Source: Squalus acanthias (Eukaryota). Taken from it: 64,000 bases of DNA. The translations under genes and the position numbers were made by a program. Position 1 is the stretch's first letter. Each line of letters starts with the position of its first letter. Positions 1 through 11,000 of the stretch are shown here, piece after piece. The stretch is taken from contig CM059433.1 in the NCBI GenBank assembly GCA_030390025.1, positions 7,070,001 through 7,134,000 on the forward strand. The letters are read 5' to 3'. The notes under the pieces are model-generated. The model did not search any database, had not been told where the DNA came from, and saw nothing but the letters and a program-made list of their open reading frames with translations.

Positions 1-94
1 TCCATTTAACACAACATTCTGTAGGTGAGTACCCAAATACTGTATACTGCACATTTCTTGATTTTTGAATGTTAAAAATAGCCTCGGTAGATAT

Positions 95-172
95 AACTCT
101 CCGTTATCTGGTACTTTCGATAAACCGGCACCACGCCAGTCCCGTCGATGCCGGATAAACGAAAGTTTCCTG
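95..172 (-). mobile_element. Terminus of a Tigger/pogo-like (Tc1/mariner superfamily) element
   Basis: Reverse complement reads CAGGAAACTTTCGTTTATCCGGCATCGACGGGACTGG..., flanked by TA (173-174). It resembles the left end of the TA-flanked MITE at 63589. The other end is not identified and is probably outside the window. Confidence 0.6.
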
Positions 173-1012
173 TAGTAGCTCGAAGATTCAGTTAGTCACT
201 CACACTGGACCAAAGTATCTATAACATTCCCCGCCCCCTCCTCCACCCCTCACTTACACAGCAACCCATCCACTCGTTGCACATCCACCAATTGGTCTCA
301 GTCAATTCCATATCTCCACATTGAGCACCAGGCAAATGAAAAGCAGAGTTGGCAAGAATGGGGACCATGGGAAAGTGGTGCAAAGTGATGAATTTAATGT
401 AACATAATAAATTAAAAATATTCACGAATAGCCCAAAACACCAATGTGCATACCCTTGGTGAACTACGAAGCTTTTCTCTTTCTCTCTCTGGCACCTGTA
501 CCTGGTGCAATCTGTGTGGCTTCAGCAGAGGTCGAGGCAGGCTGCTCTGATCCCTGCTGACTTCTGAGGAGCTCGCGGCCGACAACCTCTGGGTGTTGGA
601 GCCCGTGAGGGCCCCACCAATGACTGCTTCACCTGTACCTGTGCAGGGGTAGACGGGGCCAGTGGGACAGGAGGCAGCATATTGGGTACTTGTTGGGCAG
701 GGGGGGGTGGGGGGAGCAATGGGTGAGATGTGCATATACTTTGAGAGGAGTTTGCACTTTCATCCCCCTTATCACCATTCTCCCTCTCCTGGGCCAGCGG
801 AACATCACTCCTGCCTCTCTGTGGGAGAGCAGCTTGGAGGAGATCAGTTACGCCTCGGAGGCTCATGCCTAATCTGTCTGCCCGCAATGTGGAATCCAGT
901 AGACGTGTCGGCGGATAAAGCTTGCAAGGCTGCTGTCTGGGCCTGCAGGGACTCGTTAGTGCGCTGTGATTCATCTTACATAGAGGCAGTCAGACTTGCA
1001 GTGGAACATTGT

Positions 1013-1792
1013 GGGCCGAATTTTGCGGTAGAAATAGCGGTGAGGCTAACAGCGCTCACCATTATTAACGTGAAAATCAGACAGTAGCTTCCAGCGACCG
1101 CGCATTCGCAGTTAAATGCGTAAATCAGGAAGTTACTGTCAGAGATGTCCTGCTCCTCCAAAAGCTGCGCAATAATGGTACCTTGCCGAGAGACTCACCA
1201 TTCAAATACATTGAACGGTATGAAGTTGCTGTACTTACCTAATAAACAAGGACTAAACTCACCAGAAAAAGTTAGCGTCTTCCATTCCAGTGTAAGTGAA
1301 TTTTTAACGGCGTGATAAATCTTAATTACTGACAAACAACATCTCTGTCAATGAAAATTAACATTTACAAGTGTGGAGTCTCATTCCTTCAGATTTTAAT
1401 TATTGTTGGAGATTTAAAAAATTTAAGTAATTTCTTTTTACTTTTTCTTTGTCTCTTTCATCTCTCTCTTTTAATCCAATCTTTCAGTCTCTCTTTATTT
1501 TGCCTTCTGTACCTGATTTGACAACGAATTAAATATTTTAACTTACACTTCCTGGTTCAGACTGTGCTGCTCATTAACGACTCTTCAATCTGATTGAAGT
1601 CCATCTCCGCATCAATCTGATTGGTTAAGGAGACACGCAGTTGCTTGCCTTGTTCACACAGGTCCCAGATGTGCTGTAGAGGGCGCCGCACTTTTTCGAT
1701 AGTTGGCTGACAGGAACTTCCAGTGCAAAAGCCCATAAAATGTCTATGGGCAAATACAAGTGAAATTTGCCGCTGACCGCAAAATCTGGCCC
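1013..1792. mobile_element. Non-autonomous Harbinger-type MITE (~780 bp)
   Basis: TIRs GGGCCGAATTTTGCGGT / ACCGCAAAATCTGGCCC, flanked by TGT on both sides, AT-rich centre. Both ends are homologous to the element at 43911-45411. Confidence 0.8.
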
Positions 1793-2406
1793 TGTATCTT
1801 TGAAGGGGCCTAGAAAACATAGAACATAGAAACATAGAAAAATAGGAGCAGGAGTAGGCCATTCGGCCCTTTGAGCCTGCTCCGCCATTCAATATGATCA
1901 TGGCTGATCCTCTATCTCAATACCATATTCCCGCTCTCTCCCCATACCCCTTGATGCCTTTTGTGTCTAGAAATCTATCTATCTACTTCTTAAATATATT
2001 CAGTGACTTGGCCTCCACAGCCTTCTGTGGTAGAGAATTCCACAGGTTCACCACCCTCTGAGTGAAGAAATTTCTCTTCATCTCAGTCCTAAATGTCCTA
2101 CCCCGTATCCTGAGACTGTGACCCCTCGTTCCAGCCAGGAGAAACATCCTCCCTGTATCCAGTCTGTCTAGCCCTGTCAGAATTTTATACGTTTCCACGA
2201 GATCCCCTCTCATTCTTCTAAACTCTAGTGAATACAGGCCTAGTCGATCCAATCTCTCCTCATATGACAGTCCTGCCATCCCAGGAATCAGTCTGGTGAA
2301 CCTTCGCTGCACTCCCTCTATGGCAAGTATATCCTTTCTTAGGTAAGGAGACCAAAACTGCACACAGTACTCCAGGTGTGGTCTCACCAAGGCCCTGTAT
2401 AACTGT

Positions 2407-2858
2407 GAGAAGTCGCACAACACCAGGTTATAGTCCAACAGTTTTATTTGAAATCACAAGCTTTCGGAGCTGCTGCTCCTTCGTCAGGTGAAGTGAAGGA
2501 ATACGAATCGGCAAAGCATATATAGACAGAGAACAATGCCTGTGCAGCGTACAATGTTAGACGACTACAGTTAATCTTTCTGACTGCCTTTTATCACACC
2601 TCGGCAGAGAAACAATCAGGTCAGTCAGGAAGGCATTATATCAAAGACATAGCAAGATACAACTAAGACAATGAGGTGGGGTCACAGGGGGTCTAATGTG
2701 TCAAATGCAGTCTGTATGGAAAACCATAAACTTTAAACTTTTTACTTTTTTTTACTGGAAATCACATCTGTGAACAAGCCAACGACGACTCGAGTCTGGA
2801 TGACTCTACATCATGTATCGTGACATGAACCCAAGATCCCGGTTGAGGCCGTCCTCAT
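2407..2858 (-). mobile_element. Penelope-like element 3' fragment (GIY-YIG C-terminus plus pLTR)
   Basis: Minus strand starts with ...EDGLNRDLGFMS (PLE endonuclease end) and ends in the hammerhead-bearing terminus also at 53266 and 55955. Flanked by duplicated CTGTATAACTGT (2395-2406, 2865-2876). Confidence 0.8.
2454..2491 (-). ncRNA. Minimal type-I hammerhead ribozyme motif (family A)
   Basis: UCAC-CUGACGA-A-GGAGC(AGCA)GCUCC-GAAA-GC-UU-GUGA: core boxes, 5-bp stem II, stem I UCAC/GUGA, palindromic AGCU stem III. Confidence 0.75.
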
Positions 2859-3500
2859 ATATAACTGTATAACTGTAGTAAGACATCCTTGCTCCTGTAC
2901 TCAAATCCTCTTGCAATGAAGGCCAACATACCATTTGCCTTCCTAACTGCTTGCTGCACCTGCATGTTTGCTTTCAGTGACTGGTGTACACATCACTCCA
3001 CAAATGTTTGAGCTGGACTCCTCTGTCCTCTGGGACATTGTGGAGAGTGTGCCTGGCAGGACTGCCAATAACTCGCACAGTTGCTGCTGACTCTCTATCA
3101 TTCTCCAGTTCATTGATGGCCCTCTGGGTTCCGCATCTCAGTCCAGTTCAGCAGATTACACTTCATCTCTGGGTACAGGCTGCTGTTCTTCGCGTGATGG
3201 CCCTGGAGGAGAGAAGAGACGGATATGATTTAGTAATGCGAATGTACAAATGTTAAAATGCACATGATTAAGTGACGAAGTCAACTCAAGATGACTTTGT
3301 GTTGTAGGAGATGTGGGCGTGAGAGATTAATTCTGTCATCCTGCTGCAATGCACTACCAATCTCGTCATTTCTGATGCTGAGAGAGGCAGAGATGCTGCT
3401 TATCTCCAACACCTCCTCTTCGACTGGGTTAAGCTCCACGATCTGTGGTGGTCCGGTTTTGGTTCTTTCCTTCTCTCTGGCATTCTGTGCTGTCTTCTAG

Positions 3501-3930
3501 GGGCAACACGGTGGCATAGTGGTTAGCACTGGTGCCTCACAGCGCCAGAGACCCGGGTTCGAATCTGACCTCGGGTGACTGTCTGTGTGGAGTTTGCACA
3601 TTCTCCCCGTGTCTGCGTGGGTTTGCTCCGGTTTCCTCCCACAGTCCAAAAATGTGTGGGTTAGGTTGATTTGGCTATGATAAATTGACCCTTAGTGTTA
3701 GGGGGGATTAAATATGTGGGGTTATGGGGATAGGATGGGATATGTTAGGGGGAATTAAATACGTGGGGTTACAGGAGTAGGGTGGGATATGTGTACTGTG
3801 GGGATTAAAGCAGGGACAGGGTACTGGATTTGGATGATCAGCCATGATCGTATTGAACGGTGGAGCAGGCTCGATGGGCCGAATGGCCTACTCCTGCTCC
3901 TAGATTCTATGTTCTATGTTTCTATGTTTC
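3501..3930 (+). mobile_element. tRNA-derived V-SINE (HE1-like) with CR1/HER1-derived 3' tail
   Basis: A box TGGCATAGTGG, B box GGTTCGAATC, V-domain-like GTCTGTGTGGAGTTTGCACATTCTCCCCGTGTCTGCGTGGGTTT. The 3' end matches the local CR1 tails. Confidence 0.88.
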
Positions 3931-4239
3931 TCCTGCAAGGGTGGCATGACAGACCTATGAGTGGCTCTAAGGCATGTGTGCATCCGATGGATGTAGTGCA
4001 TTCGGTGAGGGTGACAAACAGACAGATGCATCACAAGTGGCACTGGCATGCATTTGTGGAACTGGTTGACAGTGCCATTTGAGGATGTGTGCTGAGAATT
4101 GGGGAGCTAACTGAGTTGTATCAGATTACATGAGGATTGGGGTGTGGTGGATGGAGGAAGGGGGAGGTGAGGATGTGGACTGAAACGGAACGATGGGTGC
4201 TGCTGAAACTGTGAGGAGTGATGTGAATGGAGTACGCTT

Positions 4240-4695
4240 ATAGAAGAATCATAGTTTCATAGAAATTTATGGCACAGAAGGAGGCCATTCGGCCCATCGT
4301 GTCTGTGCCGGCCAAAAAAGTGCTCTCCAGTCTAATTCCACTGTGGGTTACGGCACTTCAGGTGCATATCCAAGTAATTTATAAATGTGATGAGGGTTTC
4401 TGCCTCTACCACCCTTTCAGGCAGTGAGTTCCAGACCCCCACCACCCTCCGGGTAAAAATAGTTCTCCTCAACTCCCCTCTAATCCTTCTACCAATTACT
4501 TCAACTCTATGGCTCTCTGCTAAGGGAAATAGGTCCTTCCTATCCACTCTATCTCGGCCCCTCATAATTTTATACACCTCAATTAAGTCTCCCCTCAGCC
4601 TCCTCTGTTCCAAAGAAAACAACCCCAGCCTATCCAATCTTTCCTCCTAACTAAAATTCTCCAGTCCTGGCAACATCCTTGTAAATCTCCTCTGT
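4240..4695 (-). mobile_element. CR1 LINE 3' fragment
   Basis: DRLGLFSLEQRRLRGDLIEVYKIM...RVVGVWNSLPERVVEA. Confidence 0.88.
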
Positions 4696-4924
4696 TTTAC
4701 AAGACAGTGAGAGGGGGCACACTACAGAATGTAGGTAAATCTTTTCTCAATTTTCCTGACCTGGTTAGACCATGAAAGCACTTCATGCACTGGATCCTGG
4801 TCCTCATAATCACACTCCTGCTGCTTAGGTCACCTCCAGCCACGCCTTCTTTGTGATGGCAGCAAGTTTCTTTTTCCCATTGCTGGGAAAGGGGACCTCC
4901 TTCCTGGCCCTTACTGCACCCAGC

Positions 4925-6349
4925 AGAACATAAGAACATAAGAAATAGGAGCAGGAGTAGGCTATTCGGATCCTCAAGACTGCTCCGCCATTCAATAAGA
5001 TCATGGCTGATCTGATCTTGGCCTCAACTCCACTTTCCTGCCTATTCCCCATAACCCTCGACTCCCCTGTAGCTCAAATATCTGTCCATCTCCGCCTTGA
5101 ATATATTCACTGACTCAGCCTCCACGGCTCTCTGGGGTAGAGAATTCCAAAGATTCACGACCCTCTGAGAGAAGAAATTCCTCCTCATCTCCGTCTTAAA
5201 TGGGCGACCCCTTATCCTGAAACTATGCCCCTAGCTCTAGACTCCCCCACGAGGGGAAACATCCTCTCAGCATCTACCCTGTCAAGCCCCCTCAAAATCT
5301 TATACATTTTAATAAGATCATCTCTCATTCTTCTAAACTCCAATGATTATAGGCCCAACCTGCACAAGCTTTCCTCATAAGACAACCCTTTCATCTCAGG
5401 AATAAACCTAGTGAACCTTCTCTGAACTGCCTCCAATGCAAGTTTATCCCTCCTTAAATAAGGAGACCAAAACTGTACGCAGTACTCCAGGTGTGGTCTC
5501 ACCAATGCCCTGTACAGTTGTAGCAAGACCTCCCAACTTTTATACTCCATCCCCCATTCCATTTGCCTTCCTAATTACTTGCTGTACCTGCATGCTAACT
5601 TGCTGTGTTTCATGTACAAGGACACCCAGATCCTTCTGTACCGCAGCATTCTGTAGTCTCTCTCCATGTAAATAATATTTTGCTTTTCTATTCTTCCTAC
5701 CAAAGTGGATAACCTCACATTTTCCCACATTATACTCCATCTGCCAAATTTCTGCCCACTCACTTAACCTATCTATATCCCTTTGCAGACTCTTTGTGTC
5801 CTCACAACTTGCTTTCCCACCTATCTTTGTAACATCAGCAAATTTGGCTACAGTACACTCGGTCCCTTCATCCAAGTCATTAATATAGATTGTAAATAGT
5901 TGAGGCCCGAGCACTGATCCCTGTGTCACCCCACTAGTTACAGTTTGCCAACTGAAAATGACCCATTTATCCCGACTCTCTGTTTTCTGTTAGTTAGCCA
6001 ATCTTCTATCCATGCTAATATGTTACCCCAAAACCATGAGCTCTTATCTTGTGCAGTAACCTTTTATGTGGCACCTTATCGAATGCCTTTTGGAAATCCA
6101 AATACACTACATCTACTGGTTCCCCCTTGATCCACCCTGCTCATTACATCCTCAAAGAACTCTAATAAATTTGTCAAACGTGATTTCCCTTTCAGAAAAC
6201 CATGTTGACTCTGCTTGATTGTATTATGATTTTCTAAATGTCCTGCTATTACTCCCTTAATAATAGATTCCAGCATTTTCCCAATGACAGATGTTAGGCT
6301 AACTGGCCTATAATTTCCTGCTTTCTGTCCCCCTCCTTTCTTGAATAGG
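4925..6349 (-). mobile_element. CR1 LINE 5'-truncated copy (decayed RT domain)
   Basis: NYRPVSLTSVIGKMLESII, QGSVLGPQLFTIYINDLD, KFADVTK, LVRPHLEYCVQFW, with frameshifts and a (CTTATGTT)n tail. Confidence 0.93.
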
Positions 6350-8084
6350 GATGACTCATTAAACCTGGGTACAAGCCTTTGCTCTCTTTCCATCCATGAC
6401 TCTTACTTCTGTTCCTCAAAAACCAAAGTTACAACCTTCAAACCTCCTCCTGCATTGCGTCTGTGAACTGGGCCTTTAAATAGTTGAGGTGAAATCGCGT
6501 CATGCGGGTCCGGTCACGCCCACTCACGTATATTAGAGATGCGAAAGCCCGAAGTAAAATGATAACGAGGCAACCCCTTGAAATTGCACATTCCCACGGC
6601 ATCTCACAATGTTGCGCAGTCGTCACCCACTATCGTCACCCGCCCCCGCTCAGATCACATCTCCGCGTTAATATTGGGAACATAGATTGTATAGAGAAAT
6701 CAATATCCATAGAAACATCCTGTGCTACGAATGGCAATCCCCCCATGCAGTGCAACACAAATTTGCTGTGCAGTGAGATTAGCGAACTCGATGTCACGGA
6801 GCTAGACGGCAGGATATTGGAGCATTAAAATGATCTCAGCTGTGCTTAAAACGTTCGGGGACGGCGAAACACAAAGATTCCAATAACCGACAGCATCTAA
6901 ATTTCAATTCAAGCTTTCACGACATTAGGAATTACACTTCACTTCAAAATGCTGCTGTGATAGATTTTAGTCAGGAAAAGCAGCTTTGTGCTGAGCTGTT
7001 GCTTCAGTTCCTGCTAGAGACTGCACTAGAGTTATTAAGACCGAGAAGAGAATTATGAATCAATTAGTAACAGTTAAAAGTACCCATTTCATAATCTGTC
7101 TACTCAGGCTGACTCTCTAACCTATTTGTTACGTGTGTGTAATGAGCCAGGTGGCTGCTGCAGTGGGGGAGGTTACTGAAATCACTTGCCAGGTATCGCA
7201 GCTCTCAGTACTCAGTCGCTGAGTCCCACACCCAAGTGAACAATTGACTATTCATTCATAGCAGACACCACACCTCCTGTTGGCTGCGGAACCTCCGGGA
7301 TTTGGTGTTTCACCTCAAGGAGGAGTCTCGAGCCTATTTGTCAATCCTTTCAGTTAAAAATGAACGCTCAGGTGAATCAGTTGTCACAGTGAAATGTTGA
7401 AAACCAGGAAAGTTGTCTCAGACGGATGCTGCTGATTTTCATTTCTAAAGTGAGCAACCAGTACATTGGTCTACACTTAAACAGAAGTTGGGTGAGCTCA
7501 TCACCAGACATGCGTCAGCATGCAATGTAGCATAACTCCGAGACTGACCAGATAACCACGCCCTGAGTGAATAATGGGGAGTGTATGTAATGAGTAAAAG
7601 GTTTTTTTTTTAACTCTCTGAGTGCTGTGGCCAGATTTGCTTGCTGTCAGAGTACAGAGGGCGCTAACAAGTTTATCCTTCCAGGTTCCGGTGCATAAAT
7701 AACAAGTGAGAGATGGAGCTGGTTGCAGATCTTTACATTTTTGGATTTTCATCGGCTGAAGAGGATGCTTTACAAAGCTGTTTTTCAGCCAATGAAAAGC
7801 CAAAATGGAGGTTGAGAACCAGGAGAAAGATGAAAACAAGTCAATAGAAAGCTTAAAATTTATTTTTGTTAGAGAAGATGAGAGAAAATATATAATCGGT
7901 AATGTTGGGTAAAATAAAATAATGAGATATAGAGAGAGAGATATTACATTTTGGTAGGAAGAATAAGGAAGCCACATACTGCTTGAATAATAAGGGGGAA
8001 AATTTCGGTGTCTCCCCTTTTGGGGCACTAACGTCACGCCCCTCCACCTGAATTTCAGTTGTAGCGCCCCAAGCAGGAGGTGGA

Positions 8085-11000
8085 GCACCAAGATTGTCCG
8101 ATGCAGCACTGTAGGCCTTGGTGCAGGAGGTCAACTCGAGGAGAGAGGTCCTCTTTCGACAGGGGGGGGCCAGGTGGCCCTCCAGGCAACCGTGTAAAAT
8201 CCATTGGGAGCAGATAGCCGCTGTGGTGAACGCCAGCAGTGTAGCCCCGAGGACCTGGAGTCAGAGCAGGAAGAGGTTTAATGACCTCGCACGAGTGGTC
8301 AAGGTCAGTGAATTTATCTTCAAATGCCATATCCCACCACCTGCACCACTGGCCTCACACATTGCTCAATGCACCACACCCCCAACACTCACCTACCAAC
8401 AATCTCTACCAAACACAACTCATACCTCACATTCATAGCTTCACCTCATCCTCACACACTTACCACTGCTGCAAGCCTCACACCCACATCTCACAGCTTG
8501 CACACACTGCCAGCTATTCAACCATGACAGGCATATCGCCCAAACACATTGCACCACACTCACTGACACACAACACGCAAACACATTGCACCACACCCAC
8601 CAACACACATCACCCAAACACATTGCACCACACTCACTGACACACAACACGCAAACACATTGCACCACACCCACCAACACACATCACCCAAACACATGGC
8701 ACCACACTCACCGACACACATCACCCAAACACATTGCACCACACTCACTGACACACATCACCCAAACACATGGCACCACACTCACCGACACACATCACCC
8801 AAACACATGGCACCACACTCACCCACACACATCACCCAAACACATGGCACCACACTCACTGACACACATCACCCAAACACATGGCACCACACTCACCGAC
8901 ACACATCACCCAAACACATGGCACCACACTCACTGACACACATCACCCAAACACATTGCACCACACTCACCGACACACATCACCCAAACACATTGCACCA
9001 CACTCACCAACACACATCACCCAAACACATGGCACCACACTCACCGACACACATCACCCAAACACATTGCACCACACTCACCGACACACATCACCCAAAC
9101 ACATTGCACCACACTCACCGACACACATCACCCAAACACATTGCACCACACTCACCAACACACATCACCCAAACACATGGCACCACACTCACTGACACAC
9201 ATCACCCAAACACATGGCACCACACTCACCGACACACATCACCCAAACACATGGCACCACACTCACTGACACACATCACCCAAACACATGGCACCACACT
9301 CACTGACACACATCACCCAAACACATGGCACCACACTCACTGACACACATCACCCAAACACATTGCACTACACTCACTGACACACACATCACCCAAACAC
9401 ATTGCACCACACTCACTGACACACTTCACCCAAACACATTGCACCACACTCACTGACACACTTCACCCAAACACATTGCACTACACTCACTGACACACAC
9501 ATCACCCAAACACATTGCACCACACTCACTGACACACTTCACCCAAACACATTGCACTACACTCACTGACACACACATCACCCAAACACATTGCACCACA
9601 CTCACTGACACACTTCACCCAAACACATTGCACCACACTCACTGACACACTTCACCCAAACACATTGCGCCACACTCACTGACACACTTCACCCAAACAC
9701 ATGGCATCACACTCACTGACACACATCACCCAAACACATGGCACCACACTCACCCACACACATCACCCAAACACATGGCACCACACTCACCGACACACAT
9801 CACCCAAACACATGGCACCACACTCACTGACACACATCACCCAAACACATTGCACCACACTCACCGACACACATCACCCAAACACATTGCACCACACTCA
9901 CCAACACACATCACCCAAACACATGGCACCACACTCACCGACACACATCACCCAAACACATTGCACCACACTCACCGACACACATCACCCAAACACATTG
10001 CACCACACTCACCGACACACATCACCCAAACACATTGCACCACACTCACCAACACACATCACCCAAACACATGGCACCACACTCACTGACACACATCACC
10101 CAAACACATGGCACCACGCTCACCGACACACATCACCCAAACACATGGCACCACACTCACTGACACACATCACCCAAACACATGGCACCACACTCACTGA
10201 CACACATCACCCAAACACATGGCACCACACTCACTGACACACACTTCACCCAAACACATTGCACCACACTCACTGACACACTTCACCCAAACACATTGCA
10301 CTACACTCACTGACACACACATCACCCAAACACATTGCACCACACTCACTGACACACATCACCCAAACACATTGCACTACACTCACTGACACACACATCA
10401 CCCAAACACATTGCACCACACTCACTGACACACTTCACCCAAACACATTGCACCACACTCACTGACACACTTCACCCAAACACATTGCACTACACTCACT
10501 GACACACACATCACCCAAACACATTGCACCACACTCACTGACACACTTCACCCAAACACATTGCACTACACTCACTGACACACACATCACCCAAACACAT
10601 TGCACCACACTCACTGACACACTTCACCCAAACACATTGCACCACACTCACTGACACACTTCACCCAAACACATTGCGCCACACTCACTGACACACTTCA
10701 CCCAAACACATGGCATCACACTCACTGACACACATCACCCAAACACATGGCACCACACTCACCCACACACATCACCCAAACACATGGCACCACACTCACC
10801 GACACACATCACCCAAACACATGGCACCACACTCACCGACACACATCACCCAAACACATGGCAACACACTCACTGACACACATCACCCAAACACATTGCA
10901 CCACACTCACCGACACACATCACCCAAACACATTGCACCACACTCACCAACACACATCACCCAAACACATGGCACCACACTCACCGACACACATCACCCA

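Larger units (their letters stand above)
1811..2988 (-). mobile_element. CR1 (HER1-like) LINE 3' fragment, interrupted by a PLE insert
   Basis: Translates to LYRALVRPHLEYCVQFWSPYLRKDILAIEGVQRRFTRLIPG...FFTQRVVNLWNSLP, with a (CTATGTT)n-type tail at 1811-1840. Confidence 0.92.
180..6680 (-). mobile_element. Old fragmented PIF/Harbinger element (Myb/SANT-like gene remnants) split by later insertions
   Basis: Minus-strand pieces join into a Myb/SANT-like protein: MEREQRLVPRFNESSL (~6350-6395), LLGAVRARKEVPFPSNGKKK...KKAWLEV...RTRIQCMKCFHGLTRSGK (4760-4925), KTAQNAREKERTKTGPPQIVELNPVEEEVLEI (~3340-3500), and low-complexity exon-3-like pieces (480-1010, 2990-3200). The layout matches the other Harbingers. 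Ends are approximate. Confidence 0.6.

Noticed and set aside
3501..3575. tRNA gene
   Set aside because: The A/B boxes run straight into a SINE body and LINE tail; the same holds at 42514, 43582 and 45468.
7501..8109. 202-aa minus-strand ORF, and other short ORFs in unique DNA (e.g. 33192, 42056)
   Set aside because: The 202-aa ORF crosses TE boundaries; none has a recognisable domain or coding-like composition.
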